A stretch of 64,000 bases of DNA from Spirochaetia bacterium (GTDB taxonomy: Bacteria; Spirochaetota; Spirochaetia; CAKZLE01), in assembly GCA_021736385.1 (NCBI GenBank), contig JAIPFY010000008.1, positions 188 through 64,187 of the forward strand, in the 5' to 3' direction. The number at the start of each line of letters is the position of its first letter. Positions within the stretch are counted from its first letter, which is position 1. A program made the position numbers and the translations under genes. Under the pieces are notes generated by a model, which had not been told where the DNA came from, ran no database searches, and saw nothing but the letters and a program-made list of their open reading frames with translations. Below, piece after piece: positions 59,460-64,000 of this stretch.

Positions 59460-61196
59460 CTACTGCTTCGCATCCTGTCCGATCAGCTCCTGCAGCCACT
59501 GCAGCGGGAACTTCGGTCTGCGGTCCGCGAACAGCAGTCCGTTCTTCTCCTGCTGCACATCACAGAACTGAGTATAACACCATCCGGCACAATCGGGAAG
59601 TTCTTCCGCACTCTCTATGATCAGCTTCACCGCTTCGAAGAACTCTTCGACAGAGCTCCGGGCCCTGCCATAGCCCCAGGCAGCACGATCATCCGATCGC
59701 TCCAGGAACGACAGTCCGCCGAACTCGGTCAGCAGCAGAGGCGCTGCAGAGCCATACTGCTCATCCACATAGAGCTTCCTGCCATGGACCCCTGCAGCTC
59801 TTCCCGCTCGTGCAGCATCCCAATCACCTCTGAGCTGCTCGTTCGTATGCTCATAGCTGTGAAACGTACCGATCTGCCCGCTCAGATGCTCCCATCCATC
59901 GTTGTCGATCACCGGGACTCCGACTGCAGCCCGGACCTCACTCGTCAGCTTAGAGAGCCACTGCTGGATCTTTCGGTCTTCCCTGATCGCAGCGATCCCC
60001 CAGGACTCGTTGCACAGGACCCAGGTGATCACCGAAGGGTGATGGGCATCCCTCCTGATGATCTGTCGCAGTTCCGAGGAGAACTGCCTGGCGGAGCTGC
60101 TGCTGAACTCATAGAAGGCAGGGGCCTCTTCCCAGACATAGAAGCCCAGCACATCAGCCTGATGATAGAACCTCGGGTCTTCGTACTTCATATGCTTACG
60201 GCATCCATTGAAGCCCATCTGCTTCATCAGGAGGATATCATCGGCGAAGGCCTGTGCAGAGGGGACACTGTAGCCGCTGTGGGGCCAGTAGCCCTGATCG
60301 AGCACCAGCTTCAGGGCCCTGACGGTCCCGTTGACCTTCATCCCCTGCCGGTCCCACTGCACGGTCCTGAAGGCCGCATAGGTCGTGACCTTGTCCTGTA
60401 CTCCCTCAGGGGTGCAGCAGGAGATGGTGATGTCATAGAGATCGGGGTGCTCCACGTCCCACAGATGAGCTTCGGTGAGGGGGAAGGTGAACACACAGGC
60501 TCGCTCAAGAGCATCACAGGGGATGCAGATACTCTTCAGCTGCTCTCCCCGGAAAGAGAGAGTACTCTCGATCACCCCTCCGGGACACGGTGCGTTCAGC
60601 TCCACGGTGACTGCGATCTGATGACCGTCTGTGATCTCACCGGAGGCGCTGCAGAAGGTGATGTAGGTATCGGGGACGAATTCCAGCCAGACTGGCTGCC
60701 AGATCCCCGAAGAGGGGATATACCAGCAGGAGACTGGGTCACACCAGCTCTGCTTGCCCCGCGGCTGTTCGAGGGAGAGGGTATCGACCGCCTCGATGGC
60801 GAGGAGGAACTCATCGCCATCGATGATGGAGGTGATGTCGAAGGAGAACGGGGTGTACCCCCCGGTGTGTGTACCGATGCACTGACCGTCGATCCAGATC
60901 CCTGCCTCATAGTCGACGGCACCGAAATGGAGGATGATCCGCTGCATGAGTTCCTGCTCAGTCAGCTTCACCCTCCTTCGGTAGACCATACAGGGATGAT
61001 AGGTATGATCGCCTATGCCCGATCGCTCGCACTGATAGGTGAACGGGACTTCGATCGTCGTTCCCAGCGTCCCGCTGACCCGATGCACAGCATCAGTGAT
61101 AGGATAGTCATCAAAGAAATCGAACTCCCATCTCCCTTCAAGACTTCTCCAGGGTTCTCGGTACATGCTCGGTCGTGGATACTCTGGTGCGATCAT
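59460..61196 (-). CDS. GH2 family glycoside hydrolase
   Basis: YPRP, HFGAVDY, GGYTPF, SGIWQPVWLE, LDQGYWP, acid/base WVLCNESWG, nucleophile LTEFGG. Confidence 0.9.
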   Translation of the reverse strand: MIAPEYPRPSMYREPWRSLEGRWEFDFFDDYPITDAVHRVSGTLGTTIEVPFTYQCERSGIGDHTYHPCMVYRRRVKLTEQELMQRIILHFGAVDYEAGIWIDGQCIGTHTGGYTPFSFDITSIIDGDEFLLAIEAVDTLSLEQPRGKQSWCDPVSCWYIPSSGIWQPVWLEFVPDTYITFCSASGEITDGHQIAVTVELNAPCPGGVIESTLSFRGEQLKSICIPCDALERACVFTFPLTEAHLWDVEHPDLYDITISCCTPEGVQDKVTTYAAFRTVQWDRQGMKVNGTVRALKLVLDQGYWPHSGYSVPSAQAFADDILLMKQMGFNGCRKHMKYEDPRFYHQADVLGFYVWEEAPAFYEFSSSSARQFSSELRQIIRRDAHHPSVITWVLCNESWGIAAIREDRKIQQWLSKLTSEVRAAVGVPVIDNDGWEHLSGQIGTFHSYEHTNEQLRGDWDAARAGRAAGVHGRKLYVDEQYGSAAPLLLTEFGGLSFLERSDDRAAWGYGRARSSVEEFFEAVKLIIESAEELPDCAGWCYTQFCDVQQEKNGLLFADRRPKFPLQWLQELIGQDAKQ

Positions 61197-61346
61197 ATGT
61201 GCCTCGTTTACATAAGTTATACATCACATTATCATGATATATAAACAATAACAAGTACTATTTATCAAATATTCGTTGACTTATTCATGTATGCATGATT
61301 TAATAAGGTTAAGTTTCATACATTATTGATTTATATAGGGGAGCAT

Positions 61347-62216
61347 ATGACTGCAAAAAGCCGTACGATGCCGGTGGTGATCTTTCTGGCACCGTTTCTC
61401 TTGATCTATATCTCCTTTCAGGTATACCCGTTGGTCCAGGCAGCGGTATCGAGTCTCTACGATTGGGATCTGCTCACTTCACAGAAGCATTTCATAGGGA
61501 TCGATAACTATCTGAGGATGTTCACCGACCCGACCTTCTGGGACTCCTTCAAGCATACCCTGCAGTTCGTCATCTACTCTACCCCCATCATCGTCTTCTC
61601 AGGACTGCTGCTGGCGATCCTGCTCAACGGAAGGAACAAGTTCCTGCAGATCTACCGTACCATCTTCTTCGCTCCATACGTGCTCTCTGTATCGGTCACC
61701 ACCCTGATCTGGGGATTCATGTTCAATCCACAGAAGGGATTGCTCGGAGCCCTCTCCACCCTGCTGGGGACCAGGGAGATCTACTGGCTCACCGATCCGA
61801 ACTATGCCATGAGTGCCATCATCATCACGACCGTCTGGTGGACGGTCGGGTTCAATCTGGTGCTCTTCCTTGCAGGTCTCCAGGATATCGACGGATCGCT
61901 CTACGAGGCGAGCATGCTCGATGGGGCGAACAGCCTGCAGAGGTTCCGCTACATCACCATCCCGGGACTCTCACGGACCTTCATGCTGGTCCTGGTGCTG
62001 CAGATCATCGCATCGTTCCAGATCTTCGGACAGGTCTACATCATGACCAAGGGGGGTCCCGGAGGGACGACCCGGGTCCTGATCCAATATATCTACGAGG
62101 CGGGTTTCCGTGACTATGAGCTGGGGTATGCATCAGCTATGGCGGTATTCCTCTTCATGGTCATGTTCATCATCTCATACATCCAATTCGCCGTGTTCTC
62201 AGAGGAGAAGAAATGA
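61347..62216 (+). CDS. carbohydrate ABC permease (MalF-type)
   Basis: LAGLQDI..SLYEAS.LDGA, TKGGP; start reset behind GGGGAG. Confidence 0.93.
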   Translation: MTAKSRTMPVVIFLAPFLLIYISFQVYPLVQAAVSSLYDWDLLTSQKHFIGIDNYLRMFTDPTFWDSFKHTLQFVIYSTPIIVFSGLLLAILLNGRNKFLQIYRTIFFAPYVLSVSVTTLIWGFMFNPQKGLLGALSTLLGTREIYWLTDPNYAMSAIIITTVWWTVGFNLVLFLAGLQDIDGSLYEASMLDGANSLQRFRYITIPGLSRTFMLVLVLQIIASFQIFGQVYIMTKGGPGGTTRVLIQYIYEAGFRDYELGYASAMAVFLFMVMFIISYIQFAVFSEEKK

Positions 62217-63034
62217 AACGTACCAAGCTGCTCACCCATGCCATCCTTATCGTGCTGGCAGTGATCTGCATCATCCCCCTCTACTGGATGCTTGTCATGG
62301 CACTGACCCCCAATGCCGCCCTGAAGCTCAACTCGACGGCCCTCTGGCCTCAGGGGCTGACTCTGGTGAATTTTGCAGGAGTCTTCAATGCAGGGCTGAC
62401 CATGCGCTGGTTCCTCAACAGTGTCATCGTCACCGGCATGACCACCGTCCTGACCCTCCTGTTCCACTCCATGGCCGGGTATGCCTTCGCCAAGATGCGG
62501 TTCCGAGGCAAGAGCTTCCTCTACGCCTTTTCCATCGCTGGGCTCATGGTCCCCAAAGAGGCCATGTTCATCCCGCTGTTCCTCATGTTCTCCAGCCTGC
62601 AGGCGCACAATACCTATATGGCACTGTACCTGCCGAGGATCGCCACCCCGCTGGGAGTGTTCATCATGGTACAGTTCTTCAGAAGCATCCCCGACTCCAT
62701 CTCGGAGGCTGCAGAGATCGATGGTGCGTCAGCCTATCGTACCTTCTTTCAGATCATCCTTCCCACGTCACTGCCTGCCATGACGTCACTGGGGATCTTC
62801 ACCTTCGTACTCACCTGGAATGACTATCTGTGGCCGCTGGTCTCAGCTACCCGCAAAGAGATGTTCACCCTCACCACCGGTCTTGCATCCCTGCAGGGGA
62901 ACTTCGCACAGGCGACAGAACTCGGTTCACTGATGGCACGGGGCGTGATCGCCTGTGTCCCTCTGCTGATCCTCTTTCTCATCTTCCAGAAGAATCTTAT
63001 TCGCGGTATCTCTATCTCAAGCGGTTCGAAGTGA
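62213..63034 (+). CDS. carbohydrate ABC permease (MalG-type)
   Basis: IPDSISEAAEIDGA, WNDYLWP. Confidence 0.93.
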   Translation: MKRTKLLTHAILIVLAVICIIPLYWMLVMALTPNAALKLNSTALWPQGLTLVNFAGVFNAGLTMRWFLNSVIVTGMTTVLTLLFHSMAGYAFAKMRFRGKSFLYAFSIAGLMVPKEAMFIPLFLMFSSLQAHNTYMALYLPRIATPLGVFIMVQFFRSIPDSISEAAEIDGASAYRTFFQIILPTSLPAMTSLGIFTFVLTWNDYLWPLVSATRKEMFTLTTGLASLQGNFAQATELGSLMARGVIACVPLLILFLIFQKNLIRGISISSGSK

Positions 63035-63084
63035 TACACAGCATCAGAACAGCTTACGGTTCTACATATACAAGGAGGAATTCT

Positions 63085-64000
63085 ATGAAACGATGGCTAC
63101 TTGCAGGCATATGTCTGCTCACAGCAGTATCTGTGTTCGCCGGAGGCAGCGCAGAACAGCAGGACGGGGTGATCGAGCTGGAACTGGCACGGTTCTTCGG
63201 TGATCCTGATGATTCCCTGATGGATTCTACTGATCTCTCTCAGGCCAACTCAGAGGCTGCAGCGGTACAGATCCTCACCAACATCTTCAATCAGGAGCAT
63301 GAGGGCTCCATCAGAGTCGAGAAGCTCGGCGGCAGTGAATGGGGCAGTTACTATGACCAGCTCAACACCACCTTCGCAGCCGGCAATCCCCCTGATGTGG
63401 CAGTCATGCACCAGACCAACATGCCCGCCTATGCTTCAAGGGACCTGCTGCTGGATCTGCAGCAGCAGATCGCCCAGAGCACCCTCGACAGGACCGACTG
63501 GACTGATCCGGCACGCAAGGCCGTGACCTACGATGGTACGGTCTACGGGGTACCGTTCGACCTGCATGCCAATCTGCTGCATGTCAATGTCGATCTTTTC
63601 ACTCAGGCGGGTCTCGTCGATGCACAGGGTGTCCCTGTTCTGCCTTCGAGCATAGAGGAGTTCTATGAGCAGGCGAAGATCATCAAAGAGAAGACAGGAA
63701 AGCTCTACTGGGTGGAAGATGCCACACAGTTCCCGATCTCCTTCAGGTTGTTCCACAGCCTGATGGAACAGCAGGGGGTCTCGATCATCGACTGGGAGAC
63801 CAACACGGCACAGATCGACTCCGATGCTGGACGGGCTGCTCTCTCCTTCATGCTCGAGCGATTCACCAGAGGCTATTCGGATCCTAATCTGGATTACACC
63901 GCGGCTCAGGAGATCTTCATGAACGGTGATGCGGCGATCGAGCTCAACGGTACCTGGGTCGTGGACCAGTATACCAGAGAGCTGGGATTCACCTACCGTG
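63085..64000 (+). CDS. carbohydrate ABC substrate-binding protein, runs off the window
   Basis: Not in the ORF track. AAGGAGG RBS, then MKRWLLAGICLLTAVSVFAGGSAEQ...YDQLNTTFAAGNPPDVAVMH...YGVPFDLH. Confidence 0.9.
   Translation, partial: MKRWLLAGICLLTAVSVFAGGSAEQQDGVIELELARFFGDPDDSLMDSTDLSQANSEAAAVQILTNIFNQEHEGSIRVEKLGGSEWGSYYDQLNTTFAAGNPPDVAVMHQTNMPAYASRDLLLDLQQQIAQSTLDRTDWTDPARKAVTYDGTVYGVPFDLHANLLHVNVDLFTQAGLVDAQGVPVLPSSIEEFYEQAKIIKEKTGKLYWVEDATQFPISFRLFHSLMEQQGVSIIDWETNTAQIDSDAGRAALSFMLERFTRGYSDPNLDYTAAQEIFMNGDAAIELNGTWVVDQYTRELGFTYR

Noticed and set aside
59412-61244. 610-aa plus-strand ORF
   Set aside because: Antisense shadow of the GH2 gene; no motifs or RBS, and long antisense frames recur throughout this codon-biased window.

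Overview
A gene-dense, catabolism-rich window, most likely from an anaerobic spirochaete (Sphaerochaeta-like; inferred from solute-binding proteins that begin 'AGGQPE', 'AQGGTE', 'ASGGKE', 'AGGSAE' after the signal peptide). It holds about 59 CDS: four sugar ABC systems, one TctABC transporter, many regulators and glycoside hydrolases (GH116, GH78, GH2). I saw no rRNA, tRNA, CRISPR array, transposase or integrase. Best leads: (1) a close homolog of the Legionella effector MavL (Arg-specific ADP-ribosylhydrolase macrodomain) with its catalytic loop intact, at the end of a TCS/ABC/nucleoside-hydrolase gene string; (2) an E. coli sgc-like pathway (SgcQ, Rpe, DeoR) rebuilt with an M29 aminopeptidase, FGGY kinases and a nearby ABC transporter instead of the M42 peptidase and PTS; (3) a promoter-bearing surface-lipoprotein cassette bounded by 81-bp direct repeats of the 3' end of an RDD gene; (4) a low-GC GH116 block between mtnA and a class II aldolase. 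Family calls come from motif recognition and memory of reference proteins; no database search was run.
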